Of a stretch of 64,000 nt of DNA, positions 63,763 to 64,000 are shown piece by piece. Both the position numbers and the translations under genes were made by a program. The notes beneath the pieces are model-generated. The model saw nothing but the letters and a program-made list of their open reading frames with translations, made no database searches and was not told the DNA's origin. Each line of letters begins with the position of its first letter. Positions within the stretch are counted from its first letter, which is position 1. This stretch comes from an uncultured delta proteobacterium (GTDB lineage: Bacteria > Desulfobacterota > Syntrophia > Syntrophales > UBA2185), in assembly GCA_963695875.1 (NCBI GenBank), contig CAVOID010000008.1:32001-96000 (forward strand), in the 5' to 3' direction.

Positions 63763-64000
63763 GAGTTATTGGAGGTGATGCCAAGGGAAAGCATATCTAT
63801 TCACCTAAAAAAAATAAAATAAGGCCAACCTCTGACGGGATCAAGGAATCACTTTTCAATATACTTCATACTCTTTCCGGAAAGTCATTCCTTGATCTTT
63901 TCGCGGGAAGCGGAAATGTAGGACTGGAGGCTTTAAGCCGGGGAGCCGCCAAGGTTGTTTTTGTTGAAAAAAATGCTGTCATGGTGAATGCCATAAAGAG
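63759..64000 (+). CDS. rsmD: 16S rRNA m2G966 methyltransferase RsmD, 5' part (runs off the window; absent from the ORF track)
   Basis: MRVIGGDAKG...IRPTSD..KESLFNIL...FLDLFAGSGNVGLEALSRGA; ATGA overlap with the asd stop. Confidence 0.92.
   Translation, partial: MRVIGGDAKGKHIYSPKKNKIRPTSDGIKESLFNILHTLSGKSFLDLFAGSGNVGLEALSRGAAKVVFVEKNAVMVNAIK

Overview
A 64-kb stretch of mostly core chromosome from an anaerobic Gram-negative bacterium. Gene content and order suggest Desulfobacterota, probably Syntrophales-like (inference). Housekeeping blocks: xerD-TPR-kdsA-kdsC-lptCAB-rpoN-hpf-ptsN-hprK-rapZ; coaBC-udg-nfeD-slipin; lepA-adk; ligA; an EF-G paralog; secA-argJ; and rpsB-tsf-pyrH-frr-uppS-cdsA-dxr-rseP-tsaB-psd-pssA-asd-rsmD. 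About a dozen genes are split by single-base indels, mostly +1 insertions and including essential uppS and coaBC, so these are probably long-read assembly errors. Most notable items: (1) a minus-strand operon carrying the DRTGG / RsbT-like kinase / DRTGG / PHP / HATPase cassette normally found with bifurcating [FeFe]-hydrogenases, but with no hydrogenase subunit, ending in a HydB/NuoF-GltD fusion that is a candidate stand-alone NAD(H)/NADP(H) transhydrogenase; (2) a divergent pair of uncharacterised proteins (putative wHTH + disordered linker + Zn ribbons/basic tail, and putative wHTH + very acidic linker + Cys-less FGE domain); (3) a family of degenerate dispersed intergenic MITE/REP-like elements, one next to a truncated M23 peptidase gene; (4) an EF-G paralog lacking the catalytic His; (5) a long, possibly mosaic LigA coupled to a SWIM protein; (6) a decayed HU gene. 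No rRNA, tRNA, CRISPR array or transposase was seen.
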